A stretch of DNA of 64,000 nucleotides, taken from Octopus vulgaris. Lineage: Eukaryota. Every line of letters begins with the position of its first letter. Positions within the stretch are counted from its first letter, which is position 1. The notes under the pieces were generated by a model. It searched no databases. It saw nothing but the letters and a program-made list of their open reading frames with translations, and was not told the origin of the DNA. The stretch is taken from contig OX597818.1 of NCBI GenBank assembly GCA_951406725.2, forward strand, positions 35,898,001 through 35,962,000. The letters are read 5' to 3'. The translations under genes and the position numbers were made by a program. This document shows positions 26,741 through 39,870 of this stretch, piece by piece.

Positions 26741-27211
26741 CAGGAGAATTCACAAAAAAAACAAAAGACGAAGACATGTGGTGTAGACAACCAACAGTTG
26801 TATTAGTTTAACGCTCGTGAAGTGAAAAAGTCTTTAACGTTTCGAGCCTACACTTTTCCACAGAAAGGAACTCAGAAAGATCAGATATTTAGGAAGAAAC
26901 GACAATAGGAAAAAGCAGAAAGTACAAAAAGAGTTACAAAGTATAAAAAAGTTACGAAAAGTTCAAAATATTCAATTGCTTCGAACGTCGTGATTTATTG
27001 GAGCGATTTTTCATCAACAGAGGAGTCCAGTGTAATCCATGGCCAGGAGGGGTGCAGCTGAAAGTTCGTTGGGTGATGAGAGAAGACAGGACCAACTGGT
27101 GCGACCACGTGAGCGTGTAATATATGGGGAGAATTCACAAAAGACGAAGACAGGTGGTGTTGACAACAAACAGATGTATTAGTTTAACGCTCGGGAAGTG
27201 AAAAATTTTTA

Positions 27212-27532
27212 ACACCCTTCGGTCATGAATGACAATGGGCTTACACCTAGAAATTTTACCCCGAGAGGCACAAGTCTGGACAAGGTTGTTTATGGAAGGC
27301 CAGCAGTCACCCATGCATACTGGCCTTCCCTCTCCACGCCATCGATATTAACCAGTGAAAAGGTAAGAGATATTACAGCTTGGCAACTTATTACTACGGC
27401 TGAGTGAACTGAAGCAAAGTGAAATAAAGTGTCTTGCTCAAGAACACAATACACAGCCCTGTCCGGAAATCAAATTCACTGCCTCGTGATAGTGAGTTCG
27501 ACGCTCTAACCACTGAGCTATGCGCCTTCACA
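27212..27532 (-). mobile_element. tRNA-derived SINE family C (CORE/V-like core, RTE-like tail)
   Basis: Minus GGCGCATAGCTCAGTGGTTAGAGC head, TGTGTTCTTGAGCAAGACACTT core, tail shared with 14900-15030. Confidence 0.75.
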
Positions 27533-27741
27533 TATGAATAAGGGTGAGTGGACAAACGTAAGAAAAAAGTACTCAAGATATTTAGTTGGAGTTACATATA
27601 TTATTATTTAAAACAGTTTGATTCGAATAATATTTTCGTGGGCTTCTAACATTAATGTATTTCTTTCGGGCATAAATTATCGGATTTAGTAATCTAAGCC
27701 TGAACGAGAAGCCTCATAAGGCCGAATCGAACGGTTTAAAC

Positions 27742-27801
<60 letters not shown>

Positions 27802-28255
27802 GACTCATGTACTGAGAAGAGCACTATCGCTGTGAAAATAACATTCATCCATGAATTTATTTATTTATTAATTTTTAAATACATATTTCATCTGTTAATT
27901 TGCACGTGTAATCTGGGAATGCATACAATGCCCTTCTCTGCCCTGGGTGTATGGAAAACACTCGGCGAGAAACGGAAGAAAATTTGAAGAAAGAAGGAAA
28001 AAGCATAATAATAATAATAACAATAATATATAAATAAATATATAAATATTTATACAGACATACAAACATCATACTCAGACATACACAGTCACACACATAC
28101 ACACACACTGTCACTGCTCTTCTTTTAAGAGTATAATATGATAGATATGTACTCTAAAAATATACTGAATAACCCTTCAGTTTAACATAAAATAGCGTCT
28201 AGTGTAACTCCACATAAAAACTAACATTCATATATATATATATATATATATATAT

Positions 28256-28302
<47 letters not shown>

Positions 28303-28379
28303 ACTAAGGTGACTGAGAACACTAGCCAGTGCATCAGTCTTTTTCTGCCTTTCCGTTGTAAATTTGCAAGAAACCACCC

Positions 28380-28780
<401 letters not shown>

Positions 28781-28989
28781 AGTAAAGTGTAAAAGAGTAT
28801 ATATATATATGTATATATATATATACTTATGTATATATGCATGGATGCATGTATGTACATATACATATCAGCATAAGTATACATATATATGTATATACAC
28901 ATACACACACATACATACATATATGTATGTAGAATGTGTGTATATATATATATATATATACACACATACATACATATATGTATGCAGAA

Positions 28990-29089
<100 letters not shown>

Positions 29090-29486
29090 TGTATGCATAT
29101 GTAATAGTTGGATGGCCGAAAACATGCAACAAAAGAATAGTACAGACGTATAAAAGAGTAACAACGTGTGAACAGCTATATCCAGAATATTCATTAAACA
29201 CCTCGAAGGTGTGTCAGCATCACTCTTATTGATTATGATAATGTAATTTTGATATGAATGGCTAGCTCCAGTCATTCATACCCAGCTAAGCAACACAGAG
29301 TCAGACGAGGAAATGAAAACAAGTTTTAAACAAGCTCCACCTCTTAAATCGATTTCGCCGTACGATAGAGTATGTTATTTTTTCTTTCATCTTCGTCCGA
29401 TTAATATATCTCCTTCCCAAGATATTAAATGAGACGTAGTGTTGCTGTTCATTAAATTGTGGCTTATTATGTTGTGTTATGTTATA

Positions 29487-29493
<7 letters not shown>

Positions 29494-29522
<29 letters not shown>

Positions 29523-30307
29523 TGTATGTATGTATGTATGTATGTATGTATGTATGTATGTATGTATGTATGTATGAATGCATGTATGCATGAATAAATG
29601 TATGTATGTATGTATTTATGTATGTATGTATGTATGTATGTATGTATGTATGCATGCATGTATGTATGTATGTATGTATGTATGTATGTATGCATGTATG
29701 TATGTATGTATGTATGTATGTAATGTATGTATGCATTTATGTATGTTTGTATGTAGGTATGTATGTATGTATGTATGCATGCATGTATGTATGTATGTAT
29801 GTATGTATGTATGTATGTATGTATGCATGTATGTATGTATGTATGTATGTATGTATGTATGTATGTATGTATGTATGTATGTATGTATGAATGAATGAAT
29901 GAATGAATGTATGTATGAATGAATGCATATATGCATGTATTTATGTATGTATATATGCATGTATGTATATATGTATGTATGTATGTAATGTATGTATGCA
30001 TTTATGTGTGTATGTATGTAGGTAGGTAGGTATGTATGGATAGATGCATGGCTGGCTGGCTGGCTGGCTGAATGTATGTCTATGTATGTGTGTATGCATG
30101 TGTGTATAAATGTATGTATGAATGGATAGATGTATGGATGTATGTGTGTATGCATGTGTGTATAAATGTATGTATGAATGGATGTATGCATGTGTGTATA
30201 AATGTATATATGAATAGATAGATGTATGAATGTATGGATGTATGCATGTGTGTATAAATGTATGAATGGATAGATGTATGGATGAATGTATGTATACAGG
30301 CATGCGA

Positions 30308-30371
<64 letters not shown>

Positions 30372-30470
30372 ATATGTATATATGTACGTATGTATGCATT
30401 TATGTATTTATGCATGCATATATGTATGTATGAATGTGTGCATGTATAAGAGTATGTATGTATGCATGTA
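29494..30470. repeat. ~1-kb degenerate (TATG)n tract with TGAA/TGGA/GCTG variants
   Basis: Direct inspection. Confidence 0.95.
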
Positions 30471-30853
30471 TATATCACTTACGCTCTCTACCATCTTCTA
30501 TCACTCTTTCTCTCTCTCTACCCACATCTCTCTCTTTCTTTCTCTCTCTCGTACACATGAATATGTATGCATATATGTATATATAGAGAGTGTGGTAAGA
30601 AGTTAGCCACATGGTCCGATGTTCAGTCCCACACTGTGTCACCTTGTACAATTGTCTTCTACCATATCCTCAGGCTGATTAAGGCCTTGTGAGTTATATA
30701 TATATATATATATATATATATAGATAGATAGATAGATAGATACATAGATAGATACATACATACATACATACATATGAATTTTTGCGTAATGAGATAAAAA
30801 AAACCAAGGCTGTATAGATATTAGAGCATTTATTCCTTACATACATATATATA

Positions 30854-30927
<74 letters not shown>

Positions 30928-30932
<5 letters not shown>

Positions 30933-31312
30933 CTATGTGGTAAGTATCTTGCTTACGAACCACATGGTTCCGGGTTCAGTCCCACTGCGTGGCACCTTGG
31001 GCAAGTGTCTTCTACTATAGCCTCGGGCCGACCAAAGCCTTGTGAGTGGATTTGGTAGACGGAAACTGAAAGAAGCCCGTCGTATATATGTATATATATA
31101 TATATGTTTGTGTGTCTGTATTTGTCCCCCCAACATCGCTTGACAACCGATGGTGGTGTGTTTACGCCCCCGTAACTTAGCGGCTCGGCAAAAGAGACCG
31201 ATAGAATAAGTACTAGGCTTACAAAGAATAAATCCTGGGGTCGATTTGCTCGACTAAAGGCGGTGCTCCAGCATGGCCACAGTTAAATGACTGAAACAAA
31301 TAAAAGAATAAA
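30928..31312 (+). mobile_element. SINE family A
   Basis: Near-consensus copy. Confidence 0.9.
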
Positions 31313-31571
31313 AAAAAGAGTATATATATATATATATATATAACAAAAGTTGAAAATGCACAGAGAAAAGTTTAAAAAAAATTTAATCATATTTAATGAT
31401 TTAACTGGTTTCACAGTTTACTCTGATTTTCAAAACTTGAGATACGAAGACGTGGGTTACGCCGCAACTATTTTATACATATCTATATATGTATATATAT
31501 ATATATATATAAATTTTCAGAATGAGATAAAAATTCAAGGTTGTGAAAGATTTCAAAACATTTATAAATAA

Positions 31572-31619
31572 GTCTTACAGCTGTTTCCGGGATATTTTAT
31601 ATATCCCTTCATCGGAGAC
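31572..31619 (-). ncRNA. Minimal type I hammerhead motif (U4C variant) in a Penelope-like terminus
   Basis: Minus: GTCT-CCGATGA-a-GGGATAT ataaa ATATCCC-g-GAAAC-AGCT-GTA-AGAC. Confidence 0.65.
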
Positions 31620-31832
31620 GGTGTGAGTAAATGGTTAAGCAACAATTCTTCTAGATAAGATATGAAATAGAGAGTGAAGTGGAAGAATGAAAATATACGT
31701 GAGATATTCAGGGATATTGCATCCGTAGTTCTAATATGTAGGCAGAATGAGATACATATAAGATTTTAGTACCTTGTCAGTACTATTGGAACTTACTCTC
31801 AAGGTACAGGATTCTTGTATGCATACCATTCT

Positions 31833-32062
31833 TATTTCTTTATTGCCCACAAAGGGGCAAGACATAGAGGGGACAAACAAGGATAGACAAACGGATTAAG
31901 TCGATTACATCGACTCCAGTGCGTAACTGGTACTTAATTTATCGACCTCGAAATGATGAAAGGCAAAGTCGACCTCGGTGGAATTTGAACTCAGAATGTA
32001 ACGGTAAACAAAATACCGCTAAGTATTTCGCCCGGCGTGCTAACGTTTCTGCCAGCTCACCG
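31833..32062 (-). mobile_element. SINE family B monomer with 20-bp TSD
   Basis: TCTTGTATGCATACCATTCT at 31813-31832 and 32063-32082. Confidence 0.92.
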
Positions 32063-33245
32063 TCTTGTATGCATACCATTCTGCCTAAATATTAGAACTA
32101 CAGATGCAATAACCCTGCATGTCTCACGTCTATTTCCATTCCTCCACTTCACTCTTTATTTCATATATTATCTAGAATAACTATTGCTTAACCATAGTTT
32201 CACACCGTCTAAATTCAAAAACTAAATTCAACTGCGACTTTTTGTGGTGAACACCCCTATGGTCGAACATTTTTAATAATAATCAAGAATATGCTCGAAA
32301 ATACAAACTGTGAAATAGGATACCTCCGAATAACCGCTGGAGGAACGTTCCTCGACAGGATGCATGGCTCGGAGATCAATGACTTTCTCTAGGTCGAGCT
32401 ACCACTTCTCTGAAGTGGGACGTCTTAGCTCCTGAACAACGGATGTGATTTGGATGTCATAGGAAAGGATCGAAAGACGGCGGACTCATCAGGCCAAATC
32501 AACAGGTAGTATACCTTCGAGATAGTTGGATTATATCCATAGTTTGGTTACACTTGGGAATCCTGCACGAAAGTGTAATGACATTTGCTTCTGAAAGAAC
32601 GCTACGGAAGAGCTGTCTGGAAACTCCATTTCCACGACCTTCTCAGAAACAGTGAGCAGCAAATACGTAATTTTGATGACTTTGATGACTTTGATAAGTT
32701 TCGACCAGTATAGGCCCGGGCCATGTCTAACTCAATAGTACCACCTGTATAAAACAAGAATATAACTTTATCAGGAAATTGTACCGTTAAAACGTGAATT
32801 TCAAAAAACGGCAGAACAGTGGACAGACTAAAATTATTATATATTGAGTTTCACTCTCTAAAGTTATAAGTTCGAATCTCGCCATTCCAATTTTCAAGAT
32901 CGATAATATTAACAGCAGTAATAGAGCAGACTTATGTTTAAATGTGTTTAAAACCAATCAATGAAAAAAATGTAGATAAATTTCCAGAAATACTAAATAA
33001 TTAAACCTATCATATTTGTCTGTGTGTTGTAGTACCTAATGGTCTTCAATTCCATTCACACCCAGTTGACCTTGCCTTTCATAAAATATTACGACCACTA
33101 ATATTAGATACGGAAGTGGATGTAAAATTATACGTGCCAGCCTTACACGAAGTTTATATGGTGCCAAAGATGGCGGAGTCGATGTATGTATGTGTGTTTG
33201 CATTTCTGTGCCTGAATGTGTCTGTGTGTGCGTGTGCATGCGTAA

Positions 33246-33305
<60 letters not shown>

Positions 33306-33527
33306 GTGTGTGTGTGTATGCGTGTGTGTGGACGCACGCGCTCGTGCGAATGTGCATGCGTGCATGTGTATGAGCGCATAGATGGCTCCGAATGAGAATG
33401 TAGAGTTGAGCAAGTGCACATAGTTTCTTTCACAATCACGGAAATGATGAAAAATAAAACAAAAACCCCCAAAAAGATAAAACCCCTCATGTATGTGTGT
33501 GCGTGTGTGTATGCATATCTATATAGC

Positions 33528-33563
<36 letters not shown>

Positions 33564-33579
33564 GTATTATATATATATG

Positions 33580-33618
<39 letters not shown>

Positions 33619-33686
33619 ATATATATGTATGTATGTGTATATGTATGTATGTATATATATATATGTATGTATGTGTATATGTATGC

Positions 33687-33740
<54 letters not shown>

Positions 33741-33761
33741 TATTTATATGTATATGTATTT

Positions 33762-33813
<52 letters not shown>

Positions 33814-34245
33814 GTATATATAAATAAACCTATATATACGTGTGTTTGTGTGTCTATACACACACACGCGCACGCGCACACACATGCATATATATATTTC
33901 TATGAACTTGAGGGCGTGTTTTTAAACAATGATAAAGGTACACTCATCAAATAGCTCTTTCATACTAAGAACTATATAAAACTCTAATGGCGTGTTATTT
34001 GCAGCGGCTGGGCCATGTATTATATGACAGCATTTGTCTGATCGTCCGCTTGCAGGAAATTATAAACCTTGTTAAAAAGGAAATGTCTATACTGGATTGT
34101 TATTGATTTTCGAATATGCATAACAGAAAGTAGACGTAACACGCATAGACACACTCACACAGACAATCCGCGAACACGTTCACACACACCTGCATACACT
34201 AACTCATGGAACTATAGGTGTGTCTGTGCACGTATGTTTATATGG

Positions 34246-34284
<39 letters not shown>

Positions 34285-34460
34285 CTTTTAGTGCAACGAA
34301 AGATGGCACCGATGACCCTTTACAGAACTTCCGAGACTCGTTAGGAAGGTATTACCAAACCGTAGACCTGTCATCGAAAGCCTTTATCAGAATAGACTCT
34401 TTTAAAAGCACTCCAGGATCAGGTTGCTGCAGCGCAACGGATTCAGTTTACAATATGCAT

Positions 34461-34771
34461 GTGTGGAGGCACATGGCCTAGTGGTTAGAGCAGCGGACTC
34501 GCGGTTGAGGGATTGCGGGTTCAAATCTCAGACCGGACGATGTGTGTGTTTATGGGCGAAACACCTAAGCACCACACGGCTCCGGCAGAAAGTAATGGCG
34601 AAACTTCTGCTGACTCTTTCGCCACAACTTTCTCTCACTCTTTCCTCCAGCATCTTGCAGCTCACCTGCGATGGACCGGCGTCCCGTCTAGGTGGGGAAC
34701 CTCTACGCCAAGGAAACCGGGAAGCCGGCCCTTATGAGCAAGGCATGGCTCGAGAAGGAACAAACAACAAC
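34461..34771 (+). mobile_element. Full-length tRNA-Arg-like SINE family E (V-domain-like 3' part)
   Basis: TGGCCTAGTGG A-box, TCG anticodon-like loop, GGTTCAAATC B-box, CCTGCGATGGACCGGCGTCCCGTC motif, (AAC)n end; copy at 49378. Confidence 0.85.
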
Positions 34772-35587
34772 ATGTATGTGCTAAAACTACGACTAAGTTC
34801 TAGTTATATTTTTTGTATTATGTTCCGTTTACGTATTTCATTCCTCGTAGGTTTGCGAAATGCATTCCGCATTTTTCATCCAGTTTCTATTCTAGTTATT
34901 TCTTACAAATACGGTGCATCTATGACCGCACAATCTAATTCCACCCTTCTATAAAAATGGTATTGTAGTATTTGAAGCGTATGTGGTTCCTATTTCCACT
35001 AAGGCGAGCGACAGGAGAGGCACCTTTATCGGTTTGATGTCTGTGTTGTTTTATAGTGTCAACATTGCTTGTGTCATTCCTTGAGCCAAGAACAGAAACT
35101 ACATCACATTCAAACTATTATAGTATAGGGAAGCGAGGTGGCAGAATCGTTAGCACACCGGGCAGAATGCTTAGTATTATTTCGTCCGTCTTTACTTCTG
35201 GGATCGATGTAATTAACTTTTCCTCTCCCCTAAAATTGTTAATCTTGAGCCAAAAATCTAAACCATATAAATATAGTATAATACACAAACACACGCACAT
35301 GTGCACACACACACGTCTTTATATTCTTAATCTGGTCGACTTTTAAGAACATCGTAATACTGCGGTATTCGTCCCGAAAAAGCATCTCGAATGCACGTTC
35401 ACATGATACAAATTCAAAGAATCATAGGCAGATCACTTAGATTAAGAAACTCGAATTTAGAAGTCTTTTAGGCATTTTGTCGAAATGAGGGTTATAGATC
35501 AAAACCGTGCTGGGATGAACAAAGACAGAGAAAGGTAAATATTTCTAGACATACAGAGACATACATATGCATACAAACCCATATATA

Positions 35588-35625
<38 letters not shown>

Positions 35626-35632
<7 letters not shown>

Positions 35633-36081
35633 GAAAGAAGGTTTGAAAATGCAATTTAAAAGATGTTTATTTACTTTACCGGTTTACTGCTAAAACGGAC
35701 AGGTCAGTAACAACCTCGACACTACATTAATGTAAATCTTTTTGAATTCATAATATTCTGTACTGAACTTTTTTAATAATTTCTCCTGGAAATTACCCTG
35801 AGATGTATAATATATTTGTTTTAATCTTTTCTGCCCATTTTTTCAATGAGCTTGTTAAACCTCTTTATATTCTCAACATACTGTTGTACTTTTTTATGTC
35901 CTTAACATGTCCCTGTTTCCAAAGACTGTATATATTTATGTAATGTAGCAATTTGCAACAACCAATAATTAACGCAACCAAACTTCCACATGTTACTTTT
36001 GATAATCTTTTTCCAAAGAGTGAAACCGGTAAAGTAAATAAACATCTTTCAAATTGCATTTTCAAACCTTCTTTCGTATAT
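35626..36081. mobile_element. Element with ~60-bp terminal inverted repeats beside (TA)n
   Basis: TATACGAAAGAAGGTTTGAAAATGCAATTT.AAAGATGTTTATTTACTTTACCGGTTT at both ends, inverted. Confidence 0.75.
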
Positions 36082-36118
36082 AATTCCACTCGTGCGATAC
36101 CCCACAACTCAACTTTGT

Positions 36119-36149
<31 letters not shown>

Positions 36150-36196
36150 ACATGTATACATACATACATACATACATACATACATACATACATACA

Positions 36197-36228
<32 letters not shown>

Positions 36229-36646
36229 CATTTACATATACTTAATATGATCTCCCGCAATAATATTATTTCCTATATTTATGCCCAGATGTCTGTACCT
36301 CATGTCAAGCATTAATCCTGCCGACGGTTTACTATCAGATCCTCTGAATGGATGTAAGAAAGGATTGTTTTTCAGAGGAACCAGAACGATAGTTCGTGAA
36401 TTTGTCTTTACTCTCAGTTCTTTTAGAATTTGAACCAGACAACCCAGTTCATAGTTCTTCATGTCTTTAAAGCAAGTTAACCTTCATTCGTTGTATACAT
36501 ACACATATACATAAATACATCTATATCTATATATGTATCTATACTTATTTATATATATAGAAGGTTGAAAAGGAACACACGAGTTGATATATATGGAAAA
36601 ACAAGTCAAGGTAGAAATTGCTAAAATAATTTTATAAAAATCATTT

Positions 36647-36682
36647 CAGTACCGGTTTCAGTCATTAAAACTTTTTCAATTG
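36647..36682 (-). ncRNA. Minimal hammerhead variant with U3-A8 core
   Basis: Minus: CAA-TTGAAAA-AGTT ttaat GACT-GAAAC-CG-GTA-CTG. Confidence 0.45.
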
Positions 36683-36836
36683 TAAGTATGGAAAATAATT
36701 AAATTTTGGAAAAATTAAAAGAAAGTTTTTTAAAAGAATATTTGCATAGCGTTCAAATACAAGTGGCATTTTCCTTGTTTCTGCTTCAAACAGGCAGTCA
36801 AGAGGTTATTAAATCATTTATATCTTCATATATATC

Positions 36837-36921
36837 CTTTCTGATGAAATTGATGCATTACTGGACATTATTCATCTTATCTGATGTATCTTGAATGCAC
36901 CCATCGAAACATATGTCGATT
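36837..36921 (+). ncRNA. Degenerate minimal hammerhead motif
   Basis: CTGATGA at 36841, imperfect stem II (..TGCATT/AATGCA..), GAAAC-ATAT-GTC at 36906-36917; stem I eroded. Confidence 0.5.
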
Positions 36922-37128
36922 ATATAAGCGCTTGTCTCCATTTTCAATTTTTCCTATGTTCTCCTTAATACGCCTCGCTTCTCCCCGAAATTAACTCCCA
37001 CACAAGTCTGATCGTTGATTCTTGGGACACTGAAGCAACATTTGGCTACTTTGTAATTATTTCCCTGGATCTTTCCTATAAAATTATATATAAAATGTAT
37101 ATAATTATATACATACATACACACACAC

Positions 37129-37195
<67 letters not shown>

Positions 37196-37387
37196 TATAT
37201 ATATATATATATTCATATATATATATATATATATTCATATATATATATATTCATATATATATATACATACATAATATATATATACGTTTGTATTTATACA
37301 CGCGCACACACGAATATATATATATATATAATACATATATGTATTTATGTATGCAAGCGTACATGTATGTACGTATGTATGTTTTTG

Positions 37388-37426
<39 letters not shown>

Positions 37427-37841
37427 AACATTAGTACAGTCCACTACTGAAGAAATTCATTGCATTTATTTCAGAGAGCTGAATAGAATATTACAAAACA
37501 CTCGTACCTAATGAGGGTCCATTTTATGTTTCTGTGTGACGAACCATTATTTTCTATTATCTCTACATGCAAATAAATATTTCCTAAAATTGTTTGCACC
37601 AACTTCAGATGGAATTTCATACACAAGAGGGCGTTAAGTACAACGTGAAGCGAGACAGGAACCCTAAAAGAAATATGAACAACGAATTTTATTGTGGTCG
37701 TTAAAAGTAACAATGACTTTAATATTTACCATATAAACAACAGTTGCATGTACAACAGTAATATCAACATTAACATGCAGATATATTTGTCGAAAGAATA
37801 TCAACAGCTTTTTTATTGGCAGATAGATAGATAGGTAGAAG

Positions 37842-37898
<57 letters not shown>

Positions 37899-37915
37899 GT
37901 AGGTAGGTAGGTAGG

Positions 37916-37962
<47 letters not shown>

Positions 37963-37963
37963 G

Positions 37964-38043
<80 letters not shown>

Positions 38044-38045
<2 letters not shown>

Positions 38046-38165
38046 TGTTTCTTTATAAGCCACACAGGGCTGCACACAGACGGGACAGATTACACAGTAG
38101 AGCTTTTCTTTTTAGGGGAATAAAAGGTGGGGTAGGTTTTCGATGAAAAGGGATCGTAAAATGGA
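38044..38165 (-). mobile_element. Probable Tx1-type LINE 3' tail abutting (GATA)n
   Basis: Minus GTCCCGTCTGTGTGCAGCCCTGTGTGGCTTATAAAGAAAC resembles SINE-B tail A and the 3' end of the LINE at 18016. Confidence 0.55.
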
Positions 38166-38410
38166 AAGAAGAAGAAAAAAAGAAGAAGAGGAAGAAAAGA
38201 AAAAAGATAGATAGATAGATGGATAGAGAGAGAGAGAAGGAGGAGAGATTCAGAGAGATGGATAGAGAGATGCACATATAGACAAAGAGATAGACACTCA
38301 GGCACAGAGTGAGGCAGTCAGACACATGCAGAAAGAGAGAAAGGGAGATGGCAACAAAGGGAAAAAATGGAAGGCAGGGAGAGAGAGAAGGTGAGCGAGG
38401 GATAGAGAAA

Positions 38411-38696
38411 GGAAGAGAGAGTGAGAGAGAGAAAGTAGAGGGGTGTGAGAAAAAAGAAAGGTAGTGAGAAAAGAGGGAGAGAAAGAACAGGGAGAGTGAG
38501 AGAGAGAAAGAAAATTAGCAACAAAGAGTGAAAGAGAAGGACGGAGAAAGAGAAAAAGAGAGGGAGGGATAGGAAGAAAGAGAGGGAGACAGACAGAAAG
38601 AAATGAGAACAAAGAGAGAGGGAAAGAGAGAGTGAGAGAGAGAAAGTAGAGGAGTGTGAGAAAAAAGATAAGTAGTAAAAGAGGGAGAGAAAGAAC

Positions 38697-38733
<37 letters not shown>

Positions 38734-38865
38734 AAATTAGCAACAAAGAGTGAAAGAGAAGGACGGAGAGAGAGAGAAAGAGAGGGAGGGAGAGGAAGAA
38801 AGAGAGGGAGACAGACAGAAAGAAATGGGAACAAAGAGAGAGGGAAAGAGAGAGTGAGAGAGAGT
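38411..38865. repeat. Tandem duplication of a ~215-240-bp GA-rich unit
   Basis: AAAGAAAATTAGCAACAAAGAGTGAAAGAGAAGGACGGAGA occurs at ~38507 and ~38729. Confidence 0.85.
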
Positions 38866-39366
38866 GCGTGTGTAAGAGAGAGTGCGTGCGTAATTTTAAT
38901 TGATATTGAAAAAAGAACGAAACAAAAAAATGGTGGAGGAAAGTGCAAGAAAATATAAGATAACACTGGCGACTCTCCAGTCGACTTTGATTCTCAAGAG
39001 TAGGGAGAATATAAAATGCAGCAGAGGGAACAAAGAGGAAAGGGAATGGCAAGATTTCGAAATCTGAAGTTAAAAAATCGAGATAGATGGCTGCAGGGAA
39101 GCATTCAGGGGGAGATGGTTGCAAGTTAAAAATCGAGATAGATGGCTGCAGGAAAGCATTCAGAGGGAGATAGTTGCAAGTAGAAATATCCTGTCGATTA
39201 TTGTGTTTTCTCTTTAGTGTGTTTCTGGTCAGCATTTTCAATAACAACTGCAGTGCGGATGGATGATATAAGTTGAACAGTGTTTAGATCATAGCATAGA
39301 GCAATGGAACTTTGCTTGTCTGCTGCCTCAGTGTTGGATCATTGTAGCAGTTGCTGTTGTTATTTG

Positions 39367-39397
<31 letters not shown>

Positions 39398-39474
39398 GAG
39401 AGCCAGGTCAATTGCTACTGAGCAGACTTATGATGAAAAACAGATCATACTTAACCAACCCATTTTTGAAGACT

Positions 39475-39870
39475 TCTTTTACTTGTTTCAGTCATTTGCC
39501 TGCGGCCATGCTGGAGCACCGCCTTTAGTCGAGCAAATCGACCCCAGGACTTATTCTTTGTAAGCCCAGTACTTATTCTATCGGCTCTTTTGCCGAACCG
39601 CTAAGTGACGGGGACGTAAACACACCAGCATTGGTTGTCAAGCAATGCTAGAGGGACAAACACAAACACACAAACATATACACACACATACATACATATA
39701 TATATATATATACATATATACGACAGGCTTCTTTCAGTTTCCGTCTACCAAATCCACTCACAAGGCATTGGTCAGCCAGGGGCTATAGCAGAAGACACTT
39801 GTCCAAGATGCCACGCAGTGGGACTGAACCCGGAACCATGTGGTTGGTAAGCAAGCTACTTACCACACAC
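39475..39870 (-). mobile_element. SINE family A
   Basis: Near-consensus reverse complement. Confidence 0.9.

Noticed and set aside
29301-30606. Long HTYI/MYVC ORFs
   Set aside because: (TATG)n microsatellite.
34461-34535. Functional tRNA-Arg gene
   Set aside because: Head of a dispersed SINE; no proper acceptor stem or terminator.
36299-37663. Two minus-strand AG..GT-bounded open segments (37508-37663, 36299-36464) as consecutive exons
   Set aside because: Their open frames have incompatible phases and no recognisable homology; would need RNA-seq.
38298-39247. 222- and 309-aa L/S/F-rich ORFs
   Set aside because: The CT-rich strand of a GA repeat lacks stops by composition.
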